Program-made: the position numbers and the translations under genes
NCBI RefSeq assembly: GCF_964355755.1
Contig: NC_092672.1
Coordinates: forward strand, 28,526,437-28,590,436
Length of the DNA: 64,000 nucleotides
Source of the DNA: Antedon mediterranea
Lineage: Eukaryota > Animalia > Echinodermata
Direction of reading: 5' to 3'
The notes under the pieces: generated by a model
The model's database searches: none
What the model saw: the letters and a program-made list of their open reading frames with translations, nothing else
What the model was told of the DNA's origin: nothing
In this document: positions 25,901 through 37,900 of the stretch, piece after piece
How the letters are laid out: every line of letters begins with the position of its first letter
How positions within the stretch are numbered: the stretch's first letter is position 1

Positions 25901-28900
25901 AGTTTTTATAATGATAATGATTTGAGCTTAATCTTAACTAGGCCTAGGCCTACCGTTTATATATTGTCGCGTTAAGTTCTTTGTTAGTTAGGCCTTACAT
26001 TTTTCAAACTTAGTGTTTATGATATAGGCCTAGGCCTATGTTAGGCCTATACATTGTGTGTCAATGGAAGGAAATAAATGAATGAACAGGGTAGACGATT
26101 AGGCCTACAATGTCATAAGCTTATTAGTTTTTGTAACCTGTAACACCTATTATTGTAGGCCATATAAAATCTACTAAAATATTGATTTCTGTTGATATTA
26201 CAACTTGTCTGACTGACTTACTGCATTCATCATTTTTATGTTTTTATGTTTGTATTCTCTTCCAGAATGACTCAAGTTCAATTTGAGATATTATTTGATT
26301 TAATTAAGGATGACATCTCAAAAACAGATACAAATTTCAGAAAGAGCATCACACCCAGAGAGCGCCTAGCAATATGTCTAAGGTACGTAAGATTTGATTC
26401 TGCTAGTAGTGCAATTTGTATTGACCTAATATACTGCCCCAAGTGTGTACTAGCCTATAGTAAAACATGATACGATATAGAAAGCCACGTGGGTAACACC
26501 TCGCATCTTTATTAAGTGATGCGCACGATACTTAAACCTTTGTAATAAAAAAAAACCCAATGTCAATGTTTAGTGCTTATGAAGAGCCGCGCTAAGTAGG
26601 ACATTTATGATAATTGTACACATAGAAAAAAGGCGTTTTTATGCAGACCTACATTGAGTTTATATATTTTTTGTATATCTTTCTCTAGATTCCTTGCCTC
26701 AGGAGACAGTTATACCTCTCTGCATTACAATTTCCGTGTAGGAATTAGCACAATAAGCGCGATAGTCTTGGAGGTGGCAGATGCTATCTGGAAAAAACTC
26801 CAACCAGTATATATGGCCCCGCCTACTAAAGATGAATGGGCCGACATATCAGCCGATTTTGAAAGACGGTGGAATTTCCCAAACTGCGTCGGAGCCATTG
26901 ACGGGAAGCACGTAACAATCAAAGCCCCTGGCAATTCTGGTTCCCTATTTTATAACTACAAGGGAACCTACTCCATTGTGTTAATGGCCTTAGTAGATGC
27001 AAATTACAATTTCATCTGTGTAGACGTTGGCAACTATGGTTCTAGCAGTGATGGAGGAATTTTCTCTAGAATGCAATTAAAAATTGCTTTAGAAGAAAAT
27101 ACTTTAGGCATACCACCACCTAAAGTTTTACCAGATATGCCAGAGTTGGGTCCAGTGCCCCATGTGATTGTAGGGGATGAAGCATTCCCCCTCAAAACAA
27201 ACGTCATGAGACCATACCCAGGTAATAAGACAGACTGATTTTTATTTTATTATTTATTGCTGTGGCAGGTCTAAAAAAATATAGCAATACTTTGTTGACA
27301 CCAACACATCATAAAGAATTATTAAATAGAATTATTTATATTTCAGGTAAAAAACTTGACAGAGAAAAAAGGATATACAACTACCGCCACAGCCGTGCTA
27401 GGCGAATCTCTGAAAATGTCTTTGGCATCCTGGCCAACAAGTTTCGCATTTTTCATCGTAAGCTGGAGCTGAAGCCGGCCAACGTGGACAAAGTTGTACT
27501 GTGTGCAACAGTCCTGCATAATTTTATACGTAAAACGGGGCCAACACCAATGGGGTCAGATGATCCAGATATATCATCAATAGAATCAGTAGAAGGCCTA
27601 CTCAGTTTGGAGCACAGTGGGTTCCACAGTAGCAAAGACGCTATTGACGTCCGAGAAAAACTGTGTAAATGGTTCAGTTCTGATGTTGGTATTGTCTCGT
27701 GGCAGGACCGTTTATGTTTTGGTCATGCGGCAGCAAACTGAATAAAATATGCCAACCTAAACGAAAGTACACAGTATACCAAACTGCAAGATGTGTGCTA
27801 CTACTGTATTTAATAATCAAAATCAAATTATACTAGTACATATGTTAAAGCCCCCTTCCCTACGTTTTTTAGATCTAATTTAAGATCACAAACTATATTT
27901 AATGTAAAAATAATACTATATGGTCCTATTGCGATAACTTTTTTCGTCTTTAAACGGTTAAAAATGTGAAAAATAAGTTGATTCTAATAATTATAGCGAC
28001 CCGCTATAAATCCCAAAATGCATTGCGCGCGGATTGATATTTTTTTTTTTCACCTGTAATTTGCCCACTTTTCGATCGATCGTGAGGCCAAAACAAATGG
28101 AAGACTCCTAACTTTTCAGCGAAAATACCGGGTAGTGCATTGTTTCTCACTTTTTATCATAATTTACCATAAAACGTACATTTAAGACAAGGAATGACAT
28201 GGTTTAATGTTTTTAAAGTGATATATATGTATTATTTTCCAAAAAAACGTCCAAAATTGCAGGGAAGGGGTCTTTAAGATCTGTCTACACTATCAAACTA
28301 GTGTAAATGAAGAAAGTGTGATGTGCCCAAATATGGTAGTGATATGACGTCAACATGTCCATATATGGGCATATCACATTTTCTTTGTCACGTAAAGTTT
28401 GATAGTGTAGACAGAGCTTCAGAAATGCTATTATTTTAATTTCTATTCTTCACATTGTGCAAGTTCAGTCTCAATCTCAAAAATCGCATCGCTAATTACC
28501 TTTTTAATTTGGATTTGTTTCACTTTTGGGAAGGTTTCAACAGTTTTGAATGCAGATTCAAAAAAATATGCTAATGCATTTTTCTCTCCTGCCTTTTTCC
28601 CTGAAAAATAATCAATTAATACAGCATTCACATCTTCATTTTTGGCTAATTTTCTTTTTGCGGGAGTATGTTTTGGTTTTGAGGTACTGGGAATATCACC
28701 CTCATTAATAATTTCCGATGATGTTCCTTCTTGATCGTCTTGAATAACCTCACGACCATCCAATATAGCAGTGAGAAGATTTTCGCACTCACCCGGCAAA
28801 TTGAAATTACTGGTGCTTCTGTAAAACATTAAAAGCAAATGATCAAGATTATTTTCAAATTCATGTCTCTGTGCATCCTCCATCTGTTCTCACTATATAA

Positions 28901-31900
28901 TAAGTCAGATAGTTTTGGTGTAAAATTGATGTGAACACTTATATTAATTTATTTTAAATGTAGTCGACAACTAATATTTGGTCATAGTGGAGGGGAGTTT
29001 ATTCAAGGATGTAAAGTAGAATGAGTTATAATACCTTCTTGTACTGACAAATCCATTTAAAAATTGCATTTGGTCAGCCCACTTATACTTTCTAAGCTTT
29101 CCAGCCAGTCCCTGCCCACTGCGACTCATTTGTCCAACTTTTCTTAAGTATGCAACATAGGCATCCTTGATATTTGTAAACTTCTTAGATAATATTTGAC
29201 CTGAAAAAAGGGGATGTTTATAAAATAAAAATGTTGCAAGCAATACTGTTGGGATAATTTGATACAGTATATAACTATTGATAAATGACATGGCAATCAG
29301 TTTCTGTTATATTTATAGATACAGCTTTAATAAAGTTGTTTTATTGAACACAATGTAAACAAATTTTGCCATATTTTTTTTTTGTCCATGCTACTACAGC
29401 ATTTTTAAAACAATTTATCCAATCCAAGTACATCATCATCAATCATTGACCAACAAAATATATATAATATTACTGTATGTGTAAAGAGTTACATCTATAC
29501 AGTCAAACAATTTTGATAAGTCAAGCTTAATTTACTGTTTTATACATAATTTAATACATAACACATTAAGGTCAAACTGAGAGGCTTACCAGATTCAACT
29601 CCAACTTTAATAGCAATTTCATCCCACACATCATTTTTATGTCGAACATCTTTGTATCGCTTGTCTGACAGATCATATAGGACGCTATTCTTTTCCACTT
29701 CTATGATTAGTTGTTCAGTCTGTTCTTCTGTAAGAGCCATTTCTAAATAATAACGGTAGTTTAAAAAATATATTAATTGAATAGAAAGGTGTATAGTACT
29801 AGGTACCTAACTATATAACTTGCTACCAATACTTAATACTCAATTATTATTATTGCACTTGTCTTTTGTCAAACTCAGTTGGGATAAGCAGAAGGAAGAC
29901 TGAAAATTAAACCCCCATCACTTATGAAAAATATATAGGCCAAGGTTGTTGTTTGGGAGGGATTAAACCAAAAAAGAAAGAATAAAAAAACATTTGTTTT
30001 AAAATCAAAGACACTAGGCCTAGGGTATAGCCTAGGCCTACTAGAAATAATTTAGATAAGCAGGATTATCATTTTATTTAACAAAGGTGGTCTATCCAGA
30101 TGGCTGAAGCTGATCATTAGAGACCCTCACTAACCTAGCCTACTTACAATCGTCAATATAATAATTCCTAGGCTAGTCAATAAAAACAGTTGACATAAAA
30201 ATAAATCAGGCCTCATAGGCCCTAAATAAAATATCGGCCATATCAGATCACAAAATAATATTAATAATTAATAAAAGACATCAATTATTAACAAGTAGCC
30301 AGGGGGGCCTATCTATAATCTAAATAAGGCCTCTAGCTAGGCTAGCCTAGGCTAGGCCTAGCCTAATAATAGTTATAATAATTCTATTCGCAGTAACTAG
30401 CCTAGGCTAGGCCTAACTTAGCCTAGGCCCCTAGCTAGGCCTAGCCTAGTTTCCTTGTTAAATTTATAAAAAAACATTAGGCATATTAGGCTAGGCCTAG
30501 TTAGGCCTACCTCTAGCTAGGCTATAGCCTACCTTTTTTAGATACAGAGCAGAGACGAGAGTACAAAGTCAAGCGGGATGTAGGCCTAGAAGCGACCCAA
30601 TGGTATAACTAAATTAATAACTAACTAACCTAGGCCTAATGCTAGGATGAAAACAGCGCGCCTACCGACCTACCGTCTGATGATGGTTGCATGGAGATCA
30701 GATCGCGCACTAACTACTAGCCTATAGCGTACTGCTAGCTGCTGTAGCTAGCAGGCCTAGGCTAGACCTACACTAGCCTAGTTAGTAACTAACTAGTATT
30801 AATAACAGAAATATACTTATCTTAATAATCTAAAGTATGATTCCAGCTAATTGCAGGATACGGCTATGCTTTAAAAAAAACAATTGTTCGAGCAAATAAC
30901 ACTAAAAAAGGAAAGGGGCTCCACCAAAATTCACGTCGCACATTGATTTTATGATCGTGGCGCGGAAAAGAGCAGACAACCTCTCCTCCTCCTCGCAAGA
31001 AAGGTCATTCATGCTCGCTTTTGATTGGTCGAAAGAAAAAAATCGTACGATTTCAGAAAAGAAATGGCTTCGTGATCCATCGCTACGAATTCGGAGCCCG
31101 AATCAGGTACGGATTCAAATCGTACGAATTTGATGTGAACGACCTTATGCTTTACCACTGAACCCATTTTCCACGATAATTTTCTCAGGCCACCGGACCG
31201 AATCCGGGCGCGATGTGAAAGCAGCTTTAATCTGGACATTGACAGGATTCAAACACAGGACCATTAGACCCTGTGTAATCATGGTGCTGGTTTGAGGTAC
31301 CGTTTTGACGCCCACTGAAGGCAAAATGCATTCACCAATTTGATTGGTAGGCAATCATCTTAACCACAACAACACTACAATTATTTAAATATAATCCTGT
31401 TAAAGTTCAAATAATCGCACAGTTCTTATTTAAAGCTTTGTCTACACTAGTTAGAGTTAGTGATATGCCCAAATGTGGTAGTGATATGACATCATCATGT
31501 CCATATATGGGCACATCACATTTTTTGTCATATCAAGTTTGATAGTGTAGACAGAGGTTAAGCTAAATTATGGAGTTAGATTTTATAGCTAGGCCCAATG
31601 GATTTACACTGTCCATACAATTTTAAAGCTCAGGTACAGGCATGAATTTTAAATATAATATTTGGTTAATTGTACATAAATCAAATATTTGTAACAGAAA
31701 TCAAGACGAAAAATCATGAATTTCCCTTAATATGGTCAAATACAAAATTTGGCAAAACTGTTCCATAAAAACCAAGAAGACTTTTTCAGTAGTTAGGTAG
31801 TTAACCTAATGTAATAACATGTCTAGTGACTCCCTAGACGGTGAAAAAAGATGGTTGATATACGGTGGATAACTTTTGCTATAGCATGAAAATAAAAATC

Positions 31901-34900
31901 TTAAGTTGAATAAAAATATCAGAAATGTAATATTAAAGTTATATTACCTATATTTAGTCATCTGATAACATTTTTTACCGTGCACCGTTTATTTTTCATA
32001 GCTTTTTAAAATTCCTCTCTATTTACCAAATTTGTGTACAAAAGAATAGAGATTTTACTGTGTAATTTGAACTATCCCCTCACTGATAAGAAAGTGCTTA
32101 TTTTCAACAAGCTCGTGTAACACAAATAAAATCCCAAAAATTATGAAACATAGGGAAAACTATAGATCGATAATTATTGGAATGTATGATCAAAAGAAAT
32201 GTTTTTCCCGCACCTGACCTTTAAGGCTTTATGATTCTTTCTTATTAGGACTTTAATTGTATTTCTTGCTGAAATTGTCTGTAAAATGATATCAGTGTGA
32301 ATGTGACATCATTCTTTTACATAACTTCCTTAAATATCTATTACTATCTTTCTTTCTGTCAAATTTGTTTTGTTTTAAATTAATTACGATTTGCTTCCTG
32401 TTGTAATAGTGTATTTATTATTCAAATTTTTAATTGAAGTTTCCCAATAATTAATTAAATTAAGTTAATAGTATAGAATACGTACTGTACAGTTTAAATA
32501 TAATCAATTTAATAATAAATTTAATTATGTATTAAATTCTTTTTAACTATGGTGGCAAAAAAACTACCTAAGTGTCTAATACATTTTTGGATATTACATA
32601 TTTGCCTTAGATGTAGCCCCATGAATTTTGGTAGTGCGTTAGATTTAATTTCTTTAAACATAAAAGTATATAAATTGAGAGTTTCATAATGTACTCATTT
32701 CTGTATAGTTACATCGTGAATTGCAAGTTTATTGACCTCTACCTTCCCGCACGTAAAGCTTACAGATTCTCGTAATCTTTACATTTGCATTATCTCGTTA
32801 GAATTCATACCGTATCCTGTGTCGCGTCATGCAATGCAATGATTATCTAACATATTTTTTCGTAATATCCTGAAATTAATTTTACCAATTGAGCTAAATA
32901 GTCCATTTCCAGTACTAATCAATTCTAACAATCAATTAAGACCTCTTCCCGTGACCTTACGTCACTTTCATTCTTTCTTCGTATACTGTCGGTTTATGTT
33001 ATGGAACTTAATGTGCTTTAAAGGACTTTACTAAATTCTAGCTTTTTAAGCTGTGCAGGTGTTTAAAACTAAGTTTAAATACTATATAATATGAACGTAT
33101 ACATATTTGGTATGTATTTGTTATTTTTAAGCTATAAATATATATAGGTCTGTTTAAAGGTTTTTAGGGTGAGATAGGTGTCTGTAGATTTTAACAAGCC
33201 CAAACTAAAATGTTTGTTTTTTGTAAACAAATCGTTGTTTTCGCTTGAGCGAGTCAATGATTTTTCAAAGAAAACTTGTATAACTGATCCCATTTTAAGG
33301 TTAAATCGATGCATGTTTTTTTTTTCATTTGTTCAACTTCTTTAACAAGCTGTATTTTAATAAGACTAAACATAGTTTCTATTATTTTTCATAGGATGCG
33401 TCAATAATTGCCACAACAACAGTTACTATGCCGCCCTCTGGACCAATAACCGCTGCAACACGCATTGAAACGATACCATCACCGCAGAAAACAATACAGA
33501 CACGATCAAAACCTGTAGTTGAAAATTTGAAGTTACATAGAGGTAATGAATGAAAATTTTTTAATTTGCCAGGTGGAGAAATACAGTATCTATCCCCTTC
33601 TTTGATAACATAGAGAAATACAACCCATACCAACCACACCTATTGTTTGTTCCCTTAATTGTCCCTTTAATAGAGGTTTTACTGTATCTTAAAACATTAT
33701 CAAACTTTAATATGTGACAAAAAATGAGATGTGCCCATATATGGACATGATGGTGTCATATCACTACCATATTTGGACATATCAATTTTTGTCAATCTAG
33801 TGCAGACAGATCTTTAAAGAGAGGTTCATTCTTTGTTTTTGATTTTATTGCCGTTTTTGTTACTGTTTTTCATTTTTCCAGACCAGATTCACCATTTTTA
33901 AAATGTTTTTAAAAAATACGTTGATTATATTATAGTCTGGTATTCCCTTCATTTTGAATACAATATTTGTCCCATTGTCAGTTTATGATACAAATTTTAA
34001 TTCCCCAAAGTAATGATATTTAAGATATTGTTAATTTTGACCTCATTAATATTCATAGGTTTTTTATACTTCCTAGGTCATGATGATAGTGATGACTCAT
34101 TTTGGGGAGCCCCTGAAAACCAACATCTGAAAGCAGCGCTGTATAAATCTCCTGCACCGAAGTCGCCACCTGTGCACAGCCCACAAAGCGTTCCTTCACA
34201 GAGTCCGAAGAAGTCACAGCGCCCTCACACGTTTGTGACAAAGACGGTTATTAAGCCAGAATCATGCAACCCAGTGAGTAAAGATTTTTAAAGATGGTTT
34301 TCATTTTCAGAATATAATTTAAATTCTTTATTCAAACGATTGGTCGTGCATTTAGAGAGCAATAAAGGAACATAATCTTAAGCTCTGTCTACACTATCAA
34401 ACTTTATGTGACAAAAAATGTGATGTGTTCATACAGTACAGATAAAAACTACTGCAACATTTGCCACGCGTAGGTAACGTAGTCTACGCGTGGCGGTTGC
34501 GTGGCGTAGCATTCGTAGTGCGTAGGCTACGCGTAGCATTCGTAGCCTACGTTGTGATCAACTGTGTGTGGGAATTCCCCAAACTCAACTGTGTACAAGG
34601 AAGTACATCGTCGACGGCTAAGCAGACTACGAAAAGTTCGAATAAATAGAAATGATACGATTGTTTCGCCAATACAATAATATCATCATCATTATTAAAC
34701 ATACTTTATAGCAATTAAAATTGCTCAAAGCCTAGGCTAGACGCGAAAAGTCTAATTAACTAGGCCTACTGCTGACTGCTGTACATTCACCATCGCCGGC
34801 CAGGCAGTAGTGTACAAAATGAATTGATGACGGGCCGTTATTATGACTACCTTCCATAGTATTAGTATTTAGTAGTAGGCCTAAAATTGCAAGTTAATTT

Positions 34901-37900
34901 TTTATAAGTAATTAATACAGTACTCAGTATGTTTCATTTAAACAAAAAATATCCAGGTTTGAAACTGTCGTAACTGTACATCAAACTCCATTAATATTAG
35001 CTATTGTAACAACCTGCAGCAGAGGATCGGTGTGGAGGGTCAAGTTACAGGTCGTTTAGAACATCGTCATCAGCAGAGAGGAGGAGGATCGGAGGACACA
35101 TAACATGTGCTTGCCTGATCTTGTTGTTTTGTTTTTTTTTAGTCATGCGCGATAATAGTAGATAGTATTTAAATAAATGTTATTTTAGTTATAAATAAAA
35201 ATAAATTATAATTAACATTTTAGGGTTAGGAAATATGCAAGACTTTATTTAATAAAAGTTGAACTTCACTAAATTGAAGGTTAAAATCAAAACATAAAAG
35301 TACAGTTCAGAGAGAGTATCCATCCGCGGATCATAAACATGTGGATATAAACACACTGGGCGAATGAATTACGAATGGAGTGATCCGTCTCTATTTCCGT
35401 TGGAACAAAAATAATATCTTATTTGTATTCTATTAATTTGACATTTACAGTAATTAAACAATTCATATTATCCCATAGTACTAAATAAGCGTAATATTTC
35501 ATTTAAACGCATTTTTAAAACGAAACATCGTTCATTATATAGCCTAGTAAACAAACATAGTTCAGACAGTAGAGAGTTGTACTGCGCGATACAAACACGT
35601 GGGTAAACAGCAGCTTCACGGCGAAAACTGTCGTATCGAGGAAATATCCTTCTGTCACCTAGGCTATACCACATTATTTCACATTTTCACGCCATGTACA
35701 TCGTATTTAACGCTTGTACACAGTATGGATTATCATACAGTACTACTACTAAGTAGGCCTATAAGTACTATAGGCGTACCACATATTTTAAAATTAAACT
35801 GTCGGTAGGTACGCCGGTAACCCTACCTTTTTAGCTAGCTAGCTAGGCCTAGCCGGAGGCCATTTCACACAAACAGACGACGACCGCCGTACGTTGGCCG
35901 ATCGGTGATAGATGTAAACTTGTTCTTCTTTCATAAAAATAAATGTCCCATTTTAACACAACCAACACACAGTAATTAATACTAATATTAATACATTTAT
36001 TATTACTTCACAGTAATTAACTCGCATTTTAAAATTGATGAAAACTAGTATTCAAATTCGTTAACAAATTCCGTGTGTGGTGCAGCAGCACAGTACACAA
36101 TAATCTGAACATTGGAATTTCCCCTCCTAGCTCTCGCTTCGTAGGCTACGCGTAGACTACGCGTAGCATGTTAGCTTGCGTAGATTACGCCACGCGAAAC
36201 CTCTGAAGTTGCCACGCGTACGAAACGTAGTCTACGCGTCCAAATGTTGCAGTATTTATTATCTGTACTGTATACGGTATAGCCAAGATGATGTCATATC
36301 ACTACCCTGTTTGGGAACTTAATACTTGGCAAATTAGTTTGATAGTGTAGACAGAGCTTTAACTGAAGTTTACAAACACAGTAGAACACCTTATTAAATG
36401 AACATGTTCAAGGTGTCCCTGAACAGGGTTTGAAGAGAGTACAGGGCTGCAAATTAACTTTTTTACTTGGTAGCACTATCAAATTTGTATGATGGCTCAT
36501 AATAATTTTTGGTAGCACCACCAATTTTTTTAGTAGCACCTTTTCATCGACAACAACCCCCTTCCCTCAAACCCCATCCGCACAGATCTGTTTTTAGTTT
36601 AGTTGGGGGTGGGGGGGGGGAGGTATAAAAATAAAATAAAATCCCCCTTCCCCCCCCCCCCCCAGCGCTTGGGGGGGGGGGGGGATTTTTAAGTAATTAT
36701 AGGTTGTTTCAATCGATTTCTGAGCACATAAATTGGGTTATGCACATTTTAGGCACTGGTACTGATGCGCCACTTATATTCACGCAAGATTTATTCTTTT
36801 TACGGTACGGAAAGAAATTACTGCTTTGTATATACGCGTAACCTTTCGTAGCCTACGCGTAAATAGACCGTAGGTCATTGTTCTCTAAACGTATCCTGCA
36901 ATTTACAAAGTATTGTTCGTTGCCTACGATGTATTGTTTATGATAATATCTACGCGTCGATACACCAATGCCATCGCCTTTAGGAGAGCATGAACAATGG
37001 AAACAAACATGTATTTGTTGGCTAATTAAAATCCTAGTAGAAGACGTTAATTTTTGTAGCCGCCCTACACATCGGTTGTCCTAATTTGGCAGGACATCCG
37101 CCGACGAGACGACATCGGGCCCGAGGCCCTCAACTCACGCAGAGAGAGTTTCGGCGGCCTACATGATTCAATCCGGCCATTCAATCCTACCTTGGTTTAG
37201 CGAATTATAAAAACAACAACACCTTGGCTAGGACGCAAACAAAATATATGCAAAATAAATATATATTCCATGTTAAGATTTAACATAGGCCTTTGTAAAT
37301 TATTATTACGATAAAAGGCCCGACCAGAATTTGGAGGGAAAAAACGTGCGAATCGTGGGAACAGTTTATAGAGCTGTATTACGTTTCATGTGACGCAAAA
37401 TTCAGGTACAAGTACTCTGTTTTGTAGCCACGTGGTAAAACAGAGTATCGCGTTTCATGACATGTGACCAGAAAACTAGGTCTGTATTAATTACGGTCTT
37501 CTGTCGGCAGTCTTTTTGAGCGACCGATTGAACGTTCTGATACTATATTTAGAATGAATTGTTTACGATCTTTTTGTTTGCATGTTTTTGGATCGACTGG
37601 ACGTTCGCTATATTATTGTTATTAGTTGGCATAGTTCATTGTGTTGGATCGTGTCTCGTATACGTTTACATTGTAGGAAATTTATATTCACCGTTGTTGA
37701 GAGTAAACAAACACACACGAATGAAACATTACGAATAAAAAATATTATATTATATATTTCTTAGTAATGTACAAATTGGTCCTCCTCCGCCAGTCAAAAT
37801 TCACACATTAAATAATAATTTTCACACCTTGTTACTTACTATAGAACATCGTAACCTACAAAGCCAACAACGTAGCCTGTTTTATCTACGAAGCTACTTC

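Larger units (their letters stand above)
25422..31226 (+). mobile_element. Full-length PIF/Harbinger DNA transposon (5805 bp) in a RACGAP1 intron
   Basis: 34-bp perfect TIR AGCTGCTTTCACATCGCGCCCGGATTCGGTCCGG at both ends, TTA on both flanks (25419-21, 31227-29), and two convergent spliced genes (transposase and MADF protein). Confidence 0.95.

Noticed and set aside
25577-27741. Domesticated host HARBI1 gene
   Set aside because: Enclosed by perfect TIRs and a TSD with its MADF partner, so best treated as a transposon gene.
31627-33341. Possible 1.7-kb TTAA-flanked element
   Set aside because: Terminal inverted similarity is too weak and there is no second copy in the window.
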